From positions 124,001-188,000 of the forward strand of contig NIVC01000359.1 of assembly GCA_002269645.1 (NCBI GenBank): DNA of 64,000 nucleotides, given 5' to 3'. The position numbers and the translations under genes were made by a program. Positions 49,901-60,770 of the stretch are shown here, piece after piece. This DNA is from Macrostomum lignano (lineage: Eukaryota). Each line of letters starts with the position of its first letter. Position 1 is the stretch's first letter. Below the pieces are notes generated by a model that saw only the letters and a list, made by a program, of their open reading frames with translations, had not been told where the DNA came from and did not search any database.

Positions 49901-52221
49901 CCTGGATAGATTCTCATTATGAGAGCCCTGGATAGATTCTCATATGAGAGCCCTGGATAGGTTCTCATTATGAGAGCCCTGGATAGATTCTCATATGAGA
50001 GCCCTGGATAGATTCTCATTATGAGAGCCCTGGATAGATTCTCATATGAGAGCCCTGGATAGGTTCTAATATGAGACCCCTGAATAGATTCTAATATGAG
50101 AGGCCTGGATAGGTTCTAATATGAGAGGCCTGGATAGGTTCTAATATGAGAGCCCTGGATAGATTCTAATATGAGAGGCCTGGATAGGTTCTAATATGAG
50201 AGGCCTGGATAGATTCTAATATGAGATCCCTGGATAGATTCTCATATGAGAGCCCTGGATAGATTCTAATATGAGATTCCTGGATAGGTTCTAATATGAA
50301 ATCCCTGGATAGATTCTAATATGAGACCCCTGGATAGGTTCTAATATGAAATCCCTGGATAGATTCTAATATGAGACCCCTGGATAGATTCTAATATGAG
50401 AGGCCTGGATAGATTCTAACATGACTATCCTAAATAGATTCTCATATAAGAGCCCTGGATCCCCCACAGGAGCGTCGCCCCTTTCACCTGATTGGTCAGC
50501 GGCCTCTAGCTCCGTTTGCCGACAGCCAATCAGTGGAGGCCACCGCGGCCAGCCCTCTGCCCAGCCTGTACCCGCTGAGTCCGCTGATTGATTTGGAGGA
50601 CACGATGCACTATGATACCAGCATATCCAACACGGGACTCGGCGATTCGGACTCTTCGACCAGACTAGGTGGCCATTGTCACCTGGCTGTGGTGCCGTTC
50701 GAGCTGCCCAACCTCTGGTGCAACTTTGACGCGCCCGAGTCCCGACCTATCGGCGTAGATCATCGGGCAGCCGCTGGGGTTGTGAATTGTTTCGGCCAGG
50801 CCGTGGCCCAGGTAAACAGATACTTACAGTAGTTAGACAGGCAAATTTGAAATGTTGGCTTGGCCTAAGACTTTCTCTACTATCAGTTCAGTAGTAAGGA
50901 AGAAATGCGTAAACTATTTTCATGAGTTACGCAATGAAAATATAGCTTTTTGCAGTCAGTTTGAGCTTAAGAGCAGTTCAGTTAATCCAGAGTGCAGAAC
51001 TCTTGCTTGCATGTTGAACTGATCCTGCAACAGGTTCTGTATCTGTGCGAGTGTCAGTAGTGGATCTTCATCAATCTTGTCCACCAGGAACACAGGCAGG
51101 TGCAAGTTTTGGTCCTCTGTCACCACCACAAGGGAACTGACGATTGCGGCATCCAGTGTCTTCTTACCGACGTTTAATTGACAGGGCTGTCTTGACCTTG
51201 GTCTTCGTTCATTTTGCGATATCGACCGGTCGCTCACCCGTTGAAAAAGATACCGTGACAAGAATCGCTAAAATGTCGTCGTAAGCAACTCACTAGTGAC
51301 TCAGCGACTCTAGCGACCTTTTAATGACTCAATCGCGTTTAATACGACAAAGAGGCGACTTTTGCGACACAAGCGCGCGTCACGTCAGTTGTAGAAAATC
51401 GTAAAAGAGTCGCAGAAGAGTCGTCCAAGAATCGTTGCGTTGGCGCTTAGGTTTCTACTAACTCAGTAGGCTGTACTTCAAACACAACTCAGGGACTCTA
51501 CAGCGACTCTGGCACCCCTTACGACTCTACGGCCCCAGAGTCACTAGAGTTGCAGAAAATAAAACACTTCATAGTGATTCTTGGGCGAGTCTTGGACCAC
51601 TTTTTAGAGAGCGACTTTTACCGTGACATCCCATTTGAGAGTCGTTTAGAGTCACTTCTATTTTACCCGTGTCACCTCTGCAACGACTCTGGGGCGCTTC
51701 TTGGTCTAAGTACCGTTTTCATCGGGTTTAGCAGACATGAGAGGACTAAGTTAATGCTCCAAAGATTAAGTCTAGTTGTCTTGAGTGTAGCGCTCTGCCA
51801 CTCTGGATTAAGTCAACTGCTCCTAAGCTCAAGCTATATTGTTTGCTTTGTAAATTTTCGGTTAAGATATGAGTTATAGTGCCAGAAAGAAAAAAGTAAA
51901 AGAAAAAATTTTCTTTCGCAGGCTCGCTGGGAGTTCGGCACTGACAATGTCGACGGTCGCCAACTGCCCCGGCCGGTGGTCACTGCGGCGGTGTGCACCG
52001 ACGGTGTCTATTTTGACTTCGTCTGCTACCAGTTGAACACGCTGGATCTTGACAACGACGATGGGATAAAAAATCTTGCCTGGGTTGACGCCGGCAACCG
52101 TCTGGTGGACAAGCGGGTTCCCGTTGAGGACAAGATTCGATTGTCCACCTACACGGATTTGGATCCCGGCGTCTACGCCAAGCTGCTGGCGCTGTACCGC
52201 TACGGAATGAACCGACTTTAA
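46936..52221 (+). CDS. MRPL37: Mitochondrial ribosomal protein mL37 (MRPL37), 5 exons, about 462 aa
   Basis: Exons 46936-47213, about 48806-49094, 49588-49767, 50470-50811, 51922-52221. Presequence-like start MRLTQILC; ALTKTLISRRLP; LYPLSPLIDLE; TDGVYFDFVCYQLNTLDLDNDDGIKNLAWVD matches the conserved mL37 C-terminus. Exon 2 acceptor is ambiguous. Confidence 0.88.
47236..48652. repeat. 33-bp minisatellite (GTCTGGTAGCTAATCAGAGATGATACCCTCCCT)n
   Basis: About 42 copies in MRPL37 intron 1. Confidence 0.96.
49185..49500. repeat. 34-bp minisatellite (CCCTCAACCCAGCTATCTGATGGCACCACTTGCG)n
   Basis: About 9 copies in MRPL37 intron 2. Confidence 0.92.
49775..50460. repeat. 25/26-bp alternating minisatellite (GAGAGCCCTGGATAGATTCTCAT(T)AT)n
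   Basis: About 27 copies, partly with 51-bp higher-order period, in MRPL37 intron 3. Confidence 0.94.
50956..51261 (-). mobile_element. Possible transposase HTH fragment (Tc1/IS630-like) in MRPL37 intron 4
   Basis: KIDEDPLLTLAQIQNLLQDQFNMQ resembles the paired-like/winged HTH of Tc1-type transposases; no TIRs identified. Confidence 0.25.
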
Positions 52222-52489
52222 TTATTGGGACCGGGGCTCACTGCTCTCGCAGTGTCTCTTAAGTTAACAGGTTAACTGGAGTCCCGATTAGTTCAAGATT
52301 TGCTTTGCATTTTTTCTGGCGTCATCAACTCGTCTATATTTAACGTGTGAGAAATGATATCCAAAATGCCGGGATTAATCATTGAGCCCTAATCAGGAGG
52401 GTTCTTATCTTTGAAAAGCGGCTTCTGCCACAACCCCCGACACTTCATATATCCATTAGGGCTAGGGTTAGGGTTAAGCTTGTCGGAGA

Positions 52490-53500
52490 CATGATTTTTC
52501 GTAAATGTGAAGTGTCGGAGACATGAAGTGTCGGAGATATGCAGTGTCGGAGATATGAAGTGTCGGAGACATGAAGTGTCGGAGATATGCAGTGTCGAAT
52601 ATATGAAGTGTCGGAGACATGAAGTGTCGGAGACATGAAGTGTCGGAGACATGAAGTGTCGAGACGTGAAGTGTCGGAGATATGAAGTGTCGGAGACATG
52701 AAGTGTCGGAGATATGCAGTGTCGAGACATGAAGTGTCGGAGACATGAAGTGTCGGAGATATGAAGTGTCGAAGATATGAAGTGTCGGAGACATGAAGTG
52801 TCGGAGACATGAAGTGTCGAAGATATGAAGTGTCGAAGATATGAAGTGTCGGAGACATGAAGTGTCGGAGACATGAAGTGTCGGAGACATGAAGTGTCGG
52901 AGACGTGAAGTGTCGGAGATATGAAGTGTCGGAGACATGAAGTGTCGAAGATATGAAGTGTCGGAGATATGCAGTGTCGAGACATGAAGTGTCGGAGACA
53001 TGAAGTGTCGGAGATATGAAGTGTCGGAGACATGAAGTGTCGGAGACATGAAGTGTCGAGACGTGAAGTGTCGGAGATATGAAGTGTCGGAGACATGAAG
53101 TGTCGGAGATATGCAGTGTCGAGACATGAAGTGTCGGAGATATGCAGTGTCGAGACATGAAGTGTCGGAGATATGAAGTGTCGAAGATATGAAGTGTCGG
53201 AGACATGAAGTGTCGGAGACATGAAGTGTCGGAGACATGAAGTGTCGGAGACGTGAAGTGTCGGAGACATGAAGTGTCGGAGACATGAAGTGTCGGAGAC
53301 ATGAAGTGTCGGAGACGTGAAGTGTCGGAGATATGAAGTGTCGGAGACATGAAGTGTTGGAGATATGCAGTGTCGAATATATGAAGTGTCGGAGACATGA
53401 AGTGTCGAAGATATGAAGTGTCGAGACATTGTCGAGACATATGAAGTGTCGGAGACATGAAGTGTCAGAGATATGTGAAGTGCTTTCGGAGATATGATAT
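52490..53500. repeat. 16-bp minisatellite (GAAGTGTCGGAGACAT)n with 15-bp variants
   Basis: About 60 copies, preceded by TTAGGGCTAGGGTTAGGGTTA. Confidence 0.95.
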
Positions 53501-54055
53501 TTTAAAGATATGAAAGTTCCCCCCGCCCCCCCCCCTAATCCCGAATTTCATAACCCAGCTAGCTAAATAAATGCTAGAACCACAATCCATTATCTCCCTT
53601 ACCAAAACATTGATCCCAAAGTCTGGGCTAAATACTTTGCCGCTATTTTATTATTATAATAAAATCTTTGATCTGTTTGTAATGTTAGTCTCTTTTGAGA
53701 AATTTAATAACTCACCGTGTCTGTGTTCTGTTTTTTATGCTAGGCAGCTAGATAGAAATATGATTATCAAAATTTGGTATATGATGGTTTATTTCGGATT
53801 TTTTTCTTTATGTTCATAAAGCAGGGGTTGGTAAAAAATTTTAACCTAAGGGGCATATAGAGGATCCAGCTCATGGCTGCTGGCCAGATGAGAGTGCAAT
53901 GGAGACGGAATGGAAGATGAGAGAAGAGGGGAGAGGGGAGAGGCGATGGGAGGGGAGAGGGGAGAGAATATAGCTGAGAAGAGACACAAACTTTGAGCGT
54001 ACCTTTTAGTTTTATAGCGACCACTTTAAATTGCAGCAGTTCAAACAGCGCAGCG

Positions 54056-54271
54056 ATGTCGGCCGTGTTCAACTTTCAATCGTTATTAACTGTGGTACTG
54101 CTGCTCATTTGCACGTGCGCCTATTTCCGGCATTTATTTCCCAGGCTAATTGATCGCTACAAAACCGGACTGTCCGGCATATTCTGGAAGTGCGCCAGAA
54201 TTGGGGAGCGAAAATCGCCATACGTTGCGTGCTGCTGTCTAGTCATGGCCGCTTGTGTGCTGTTCTACTGA
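54056..54271 (+). CDS. TMEM167: Protein kish (TMEM167), 71 aa, intronless
   Basis: [23 protein letters not shown]...[30 protein letters not shown] is the conserved kish family sequence. Confidence 0.95.
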   Translation: MSAVFNFQSLLTVVLLLICTCAYFRHLFPRLIDRYKTGLSGIFWKCARIGERKSPYVACCCLVMAACVLFY

Positions 54272-54742
54272 CAATTCATCATTAGTTTGTTTTCTCGTAT
54301 TACAAGGAGAAAATGTGCCTTGTCGAATCAGCGGCTAATAATGCTAAATTAATTCCTGAATTGAATTGAATGAAATATGCGCGTTAGCTGCAGTTCTCAA
54401 AGGCAGTTTCTCCACGACTAAAGTTAGTGCAGAGGTAATTTTAATTGATTTTTATGTGCTGCTTATTCCGTGTCTCGCTTCTGTATAAATGATTATTTAT
54501 GGTAAATTTTGTTTGCCCATTGTTTCTAGGAGAATTGGTGTGAAATTTGATTGATAAATAAATGAAAAGAATCTTGACGTAACAGTGTGCAAAATGGTTT
54601 GTGTTGTTAGCTAATCAAAACGGGTTTCTTGAATTGTTTTTTTCTTGTCTTGTCTGCTGAAAACTGGAAAGTGCATCTACGAGCGTAGGGAACAAGTTTT
54701 CATCTCTTTGATCTTTAAAATGATGAGGGTTGAGTCGCATTG

Positions 54743-55351
54743 TCACTCGCAGTAGATCCAGAAGGCAGTCGCGCTAGCTCTGAAGGTTGGCCTCTCTAGC
54801 AAGCCAGTCACAAAGTCGTCAGTGGCGGGGTCGGTCACAGACCGGGATGCCTGCATTAGAATCTGCTCGGATTTCTGCGCGATCGTCACATGAACAATAA
54901 TCTTATAGCGAGGACAGTTGTAGTTGTTTTTCATCCTGCGCTTCACGTCCTCGGAGACCATTTTGGCCAGCTTGGGACACGCCTTCGGATCGTACTTGGA
55001 CTCTCCGAGGAAGAATCTGAGGCTGTTGTCCACGATTTGTTGCACCTCCTTCGGCGGGAACTTCTTAGTCGAGTCCGGCTCTAGGCGGTAGGTGTTCTCC
55101 ATCTTCTTGACGGGTCGGTTGCGTCGGTGCCTCGCCCGGATGTCGCCGATCCGCTTCTTGAGCATCATGAGGGTCGCCAGGCTCGGCTGTTTTGGCCGAG
55201 GCGTCCCGCCGGCCGCTTTTGGCCTAGCCGGTCCTGCTTCATCCGGACCGTCTGGCGACCCTTTGCCAGCGTTTGACGGCTTCAGCTGGCTGGGACTCGG
55301 AGCCGATACGGTAGAGATTCGCTTCTTGCCGCTGTTCATAACTGTTGGCAT
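54743..55351 (-). CDS. Tctex1-domain dynein light chain (TCTEX1D/DYNLT4-5-like), 202 aa, single exon
   Basis: MENTYRLEP..KFPPKEVQQIV..KYDPKACPKLAKMVSEDVK..PRYKIIVHVTIAQK..ASRSVTDPATDDFVT..ASATAFWIYCE is typical of the Tctex-1 family, with a basic N-terminal extension. Confidence 0.9.
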   Translation of the reverse strand: MPTVMNSGKKRISTVSAPSPSQLKPSNAGKGSPDGPDEAGPARPKAAGGTPRPKQPSLATLMMLKKRIGDIRARHRRNRPVKKMENTYRLEPDSTKKFPPKEVQQIVDNSLRFFLGESKYDPKACPKLAKMVSEDVKRRMKNNYNCPRYKIIVHVTIAQKSEQILMQASRSVTDPATDDFVTGLLERPTFRASATAFWIYCE

Positions 55352-58091
55352 CGACTAAACGTAATCTGCAAATTCTGTCGTAGTTGACTTGTCTGTGTGC
55401 CTTTGCTCAGCTTTTAATTTTTCTGCTTCGAAAAAATACCATGGGAACCTGTGGCTCTCCTTACACTACCAGGCGTCGCTCTCCTGCCCAATAGCCGTAT
55501 GCTAAGCGCTGAGTAAACATTTGAAAGCAGTTGGTTGCTCTCTCTACACTCGGTTGCTGCATATTCCTTCTAGAGGCAGGCAACGAAGTTCTATTTGATG
55601 AGACATTGTGTGCAAACAGTGCAGTCTGCTAGCTTTATATTGGTTTGGTAGTAGGTTCAGTCTCAGAGTATGTCAACCAATTTCGTTTAGGTGATAGTAT
55701 AAAAAAATATCCTCAAACTGTCGGCTTACTAACTTCTTGCTTTGGTTTGGATCCGACCTTGAAATTATGAAGATCAATTACGTGGCCAATTGTGTAGCAT
55801 CCCGCTCTAAATTATTTTTAATCATTTTTGTGCCAAAATTAATTCAAACGGTTGGTGGAGTCAACTAGAATATCGCAGTATTTAGAATTTAAAATAAAAT
55901 CAGGTCAAAGTAGGTCCCAGAAAATCAACCCAGGAGCGTCGTCACCCGGGGGAGGGGCAGGGGACATGCCCCCTCAGTAAAAGCTATGGGGGGCATGCCA
56001 ATGCTTTGTCCGCCCACCCCACCTTGAGACCTGTTATGGAAATCAGTAATTTTGCCTTAGGGCAACTGATGGTTTTCGGCCCCTTGTGGGGAAGCCTTCG
56101 GGCCTCAGGTCTCAGAAATAAATCAATTAGAGTCCTGCCCCCCACTCCTGTCAGATGGTCAGCCCCATTGTAGCTTGATCGTGTGGCGAGCAGTCTAGGT
56201 CCTATAGCTAAGAGAGGGACAGCGAGAGACAAGCAGGGAGAATTTTGAAGGTAGAGATCAGCTAATCCGCAGATTAACTAACCCGCTGCCACCAGCCCGT
56301 ACGTCCTGGCTCACCACACCGGAAATTTCGAAATCGGGCTTCCGACTAGAGGGGGCTTAGCGCTTACCTGCCAACTAGTGTCTTTTTGCTGTCAATCTCG
56401 AAGTCATAGCCGATGTAAAGGGACACTGCTGGGACTTGATCGCATTGGCCATGCAGGTACAGAGGGGACTTGTGCAGGGGATTCTTGCAGTGGCGAGACT
56501 ATGGGGTAGCTACATGTACTATTACATTGCTAAATACGAGGAATTGTACTTTTGGCCTTCAACGCGCCAACTAGCCTCTCGTAGCGCTGATGATACACTA
56601 ACTCGAACTTCGGAGACCGCATAATTCATTACCCGAGCCGCTTGGCGAACCTAGAGTGCACAAAGTACATCTCTAGCGCCGAGTTTGCACTATTGGCAAT
56701 TTTGCTCACTGATTTGATAGATTGATCGACTGAGAACCACCTTGCCATTGGTCCACTGTAACCGGCGCCTACTAGCTTAGCTACTCATCTGAGCCATCGG
56801 CGAACAAAGAAATAAAACCGATAAAAATAACTGTCGGATTTAACCTTCTCCTTAAATCACTTCACACTTCAGATTGAATTGGAGTTTTAGACTACTAATA
56901 GTATTATTAAGTGATTTCTGCCTCGATAACAGCACTGCTGAACAAAATGAGCCAATCCCAATCCAGCTACTGAAATAGGGGACAGATAAGGAATCACCCA
57001 ATCAAGCAAGTCTAGGCAGCCTCTCACCCAACCAATCAGAAACTCAACAGCCGGAGACCAGGTAATCCACAGTGACCGAATCGGCTTAGTGCTTCGCAGC
57101 TGTAGGCCCGGGATGATGCTGATGTCACAATCTTTGTAGATAGCTAGCAGGTGATGCTCTTAACTTTGATGTTCACTGCTGATGACCGGGGGAATTCGTC
57201 CTTGATGATGGGGGGAGTCGCAATCCGGGGATCAAGAAACGACGGTCAGGCCAGGGAGAGAGCAAGTTCCTGGCCGGTCACCAGAAAGGGTTTTGCAGGG
57301 TTAGTCCGAGCAGGCCAAAAACACCGGTTTAAATAGCCGCCAAGTGGACCGCAGTTGGTTATAATGGAACACGTCGATTGTCATTGGCTGAGCCGATTTG
57401 TTAAAATGAGCGTCGAATTTTCTGATTGGCTGAGCTTGCTGCATGCTACCCAGAATTACGTGACCGGGAGATCCTATCAGTTCCTTCGGGGCACGTTTAT
57501 GACGAGAATTAAAAAAAATGACATGGCACATCTAACAAAAAATGACCGCTGTGTATCCCAATGGAAACGCGCAAAGTTTTGGCCATGACACAGACTTTGC
57601 AAAAATGACAAATCATGACACTTCCAAATTGCTCGATTTTTGTAAAACTTCCAGCCTCTCTGACAATATATACTGTATATACAGTATTCCGTAGTGTACG
57701 ATCCTTTAAGCCTGTATTGGCGCACAACTGCACATTTGTGCAGTGCTGATAAATACTGTTAGACTAAAATTAACGACTGTAAATACTTAGCAATTTATAC
57801 AATAAACTTTACCATGTAATAAGAAAACAGAGATCTTATATTCATATTAATTTAGTCTAAAATAGAATTAGTATAGCTACTAAAGAAACTCTAAAAATCA
57901 ATTAAGTAGATTGTGTGGAAGGGAAAGTAGAAAGTGAGTTGCAGCATTTAAATTTTAAATTTTGTTGAACATGCAAATAGCTGTATGTTGCAAACATAGA
58001 TGGTTTATTCATATACATCACAATATACTAAATCATTTTATAATCTAAAATGAAAATTCCAAAGTAAGTCTATAATACGTAATACACCGTC

Positions 58092-59060
58092 TGTCATTTT
58101 TGGCACAATGTGCAATAGTCATATTTTACAGCTTGTGCAGCAGTCATTTTTTACACAGCGAGCACTACCAGAAAAGTAGTTAAACGCTACTGCAAGTAAA
58201 ACCAACGGACATCAGAACTTACATTTGAAATAGCCTATAAAAAGGAGGAACTATAATATAGTGTAAATGAAATACTGTCTTTTGTCATTTTTGGCACAAT
58301 GTGCAATCGTCATATTTTACAGCTTGTGCAGCAGTCATTTTTACACAGCGAACACTACCAGAAAAGTAGTTGACGCTACTGCAAGTAAAACAAACGGACA
58401 TCAGAACTTACATTTGAAATAGCCTTTAAAAAGGAGGAACTATAAATATAGTGTAAATGAAATACTGTCTTCTGTCATTTTTGGCACAATGTGCAATCGT
58501 CATATTTTACAGCTTGTGCAGCAGTCTTTTTTACACAGCGAGCACTACCAGAAAAGTAGTTAAACGCTACTGCAAGTAAAACCAACGGACATCAGAACTT
58601 ACATTTGAAATAGCCTATAAAAAGGAGGAACTATAATATAGTGTAAATGAAATACTGTCTTCTGTCATTTTTGGCACAATGTGCAATCGTCATATTTTAC
58701 AGCTTGTGCAGCAGTCATTTTTACACAGCGAGCACTACCAGAAAAGTAGTTGACGCTACTGCAAGTAAAACCAACGGACATCAGAACTTACATTTGAAAT
58801 AGCCTATAAAAAGGGAGGAACTATAATATAGTGTAAATGAAATACTGTCTTCTGTCATTTTTGGCACAATGTGCAATCGTCATATTTTACAGCTTGTGCA
58901 GCAGTCATTTTTACACAGCGAGCACTACCAGAAAAGTAGTTGACGCTACTGCAAGTAAAACCAACGGAAATCAGAACTTACATTTGAAATAGCCAAGGAA
59001 CAACAACATATAGTGTAGATAGAGGATTAGATCTTCTGTCATTTTTGGTACAATGTGCAA
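58092..59060. repeat. 190-bp tandem array (5 units plus partials)
   Basis: Units start TGTCATTTTTGGCACAATGTGCAAT at 58092, 58283, 58473, 58663, 58853 and 59037. Confidence 0.95.
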
Positions 59061-59716
59061 CCGTCAGATTTTAGTGCAATGCAAGTAGTAGCTAGTAAAG
59101 TGCTTTTTGGATCTACTAAGAAGTTAATGCAAGAAATGCAAGAGTAAATAATGTCATTTTTGGCACTATGTGCAATTGTCAGTCGTGTTAGATGTGCAAG
59201 TGCAATCGTCACATTTTTAAGTGATTAATTGAGGCTAGTAGAGCATTTAAATTTAAAGACTATTAGAAAGACATCATGGATGCAATTAGCATGCAGGAAA
59301 GAAAATTCGAGTAATTAATTAGTAACATTATAGATAAAGTGGATAGCGTATATTTAAGATATTTTTAAATTATACAATATAAATATTTTATACTGTTAGA
59401 AACTATTTTTCGAACCTCACTTTTTAGTATCCCAAACTTTGTTTAAATACTATTATTTAACTCATAAATTTTTGGTTCAGTAATATTTCAACTTTTTCCT
59501 TAAGTCTTCCTTAAGTCGGTATAAACGTTAAAGCGCAAATATATATATGCCGTGCAGGGATCTTTCAAATATTTTATTATTTAGCTAAAAATTTAAATTT
59601 CCACAAAAATTTTGTTCTGTTTCAAATATTAATAATTTGAATCTTGAATTATAATAGGAATTGGCGACACAGGAAGTTTGCCTGAGACTTTCGAATTATT
59701 AAAACGTAATATAAAT

Positions 59717-60676
59717 GTAGCGACACATGTAATACAATAGACCCGGATCAGCGCTTAAAATTAGGGACAAAAATGACAATGGTTAAGCATTCAAAGGTAG
59801 CGACACATATAATACAATAGACCCGGATCAACGCTTAAAATTAGCGACAAAAATGACAATGGTTAAGCATTCAAAGGTAGCGACACATATAATACAATAG
59901 ACCCGGATCAGCGCTTAAAATTAGGGACAAAAATGACAATGGTTAAGCATTCAAAGGTAGCGACACATATAATACAATAGACCCGGATCAACGCTTAAAA
60001 TTAGCGACAAAAATGACAATGGTTAAGCATTCAAAGGTAGCGACACATATAATACAATAGACCCGGATCAACGCTTAAAATTAGCGACAAAAATGACAAT
60101 GGTTAAGCATTCAAAGGTAGCGACACATGTAATACAATAGACCCGGATCAGCGCTTAAAATTAGGGACAAAAATGACAATGGTTAAGCATTCAAAGGTAG
60201 CGACACATATAATACAATAGACCCGGATCAACGCTTAAAATTAGCGACAAAAATGACAATGGTTAAGCATTCAAAGGTAGCGACACATATAATACAATAG
60301 ACCCGGATCAGCGCTTAAAATTAGGGACAAAAATGACAATGGTTAAGCATTCAAAGGTAGCGACACATATAATACAATAGACCCGGATCAACGCTTAAAA
60401 TTAGGGACAAAAATGACAATGGTTAAGCATTCAAAGGTAGCGACACATATAATACAATAGACCCGGATCAACGCTTAAAATTAGCGACAAAAATGACAAT
60501 GGTTAAGCATTCAAAGGTAGCGACACATGTAATACAATAGACCCGGATCAGCGCTTAAAATTAGGGACAAAAATGACAATGGTTAAGCATTCAAAGGTAG
60601 CGACACATGTAATACAATAGACCCGGATCAGCGCTAAAAAAAACGACAAAAATGACAAGTTTTAAGCATTTAAAGG
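59717..60676. repeat. 80-bp tandem array (12 units)
   Basis: Unit GTAGCGACACATATAATACAATAGACCCGGATCAGCGCTTAAAATTAGGGACAAAAATGACAATGGTTAAGCATTCAAAG with exact 80-bp spacing; last unit degenerate. Confidence 0.96.
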
Positions 60677-60770
60677 GTGGCAAGTCAACCCTATGTGACT
60701 TGAGCAAGATTCTGCTTGAACTCTAGTCGCGTGATTCATAGTATTTAGTATGATTTCCTCAGATTTATTA

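Noticed and set aside
50461-50485. CAGGAGCGTCGCCCC as a hAT-MITE terminus
   Set aside because: It is the acceptor and start of MRPL37 exon 4 (cag|GAG CGT CGC CCC = ERRP)
52389-53458. 270-346 aa SPTLHVSDTSCLRHF-repeat ORFs
   Set aside because: Open in all three minus frames because they derive from a 16-bp tandem repeat; no coding evidence
55435-55450. ACCATGGGAAC as an RFX X-box upstream of the Tctex gene
   Set aside because: Only a half-site matches; too weak to call
55930-56100. CAGGAGCGTCGTCACCC...GGGGACATGCCCCC, resembling a hAT-MITE left end
   Set aside because: No matching right TIR or TSD found, so no element could be delimited
57170-57245. CTGATGA...GAAAC as a hammerhead ribozyme core
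   Set aside because: Stem II cannot pair (CCGGGGG vs CCGGGG) and the flanking stems do not form
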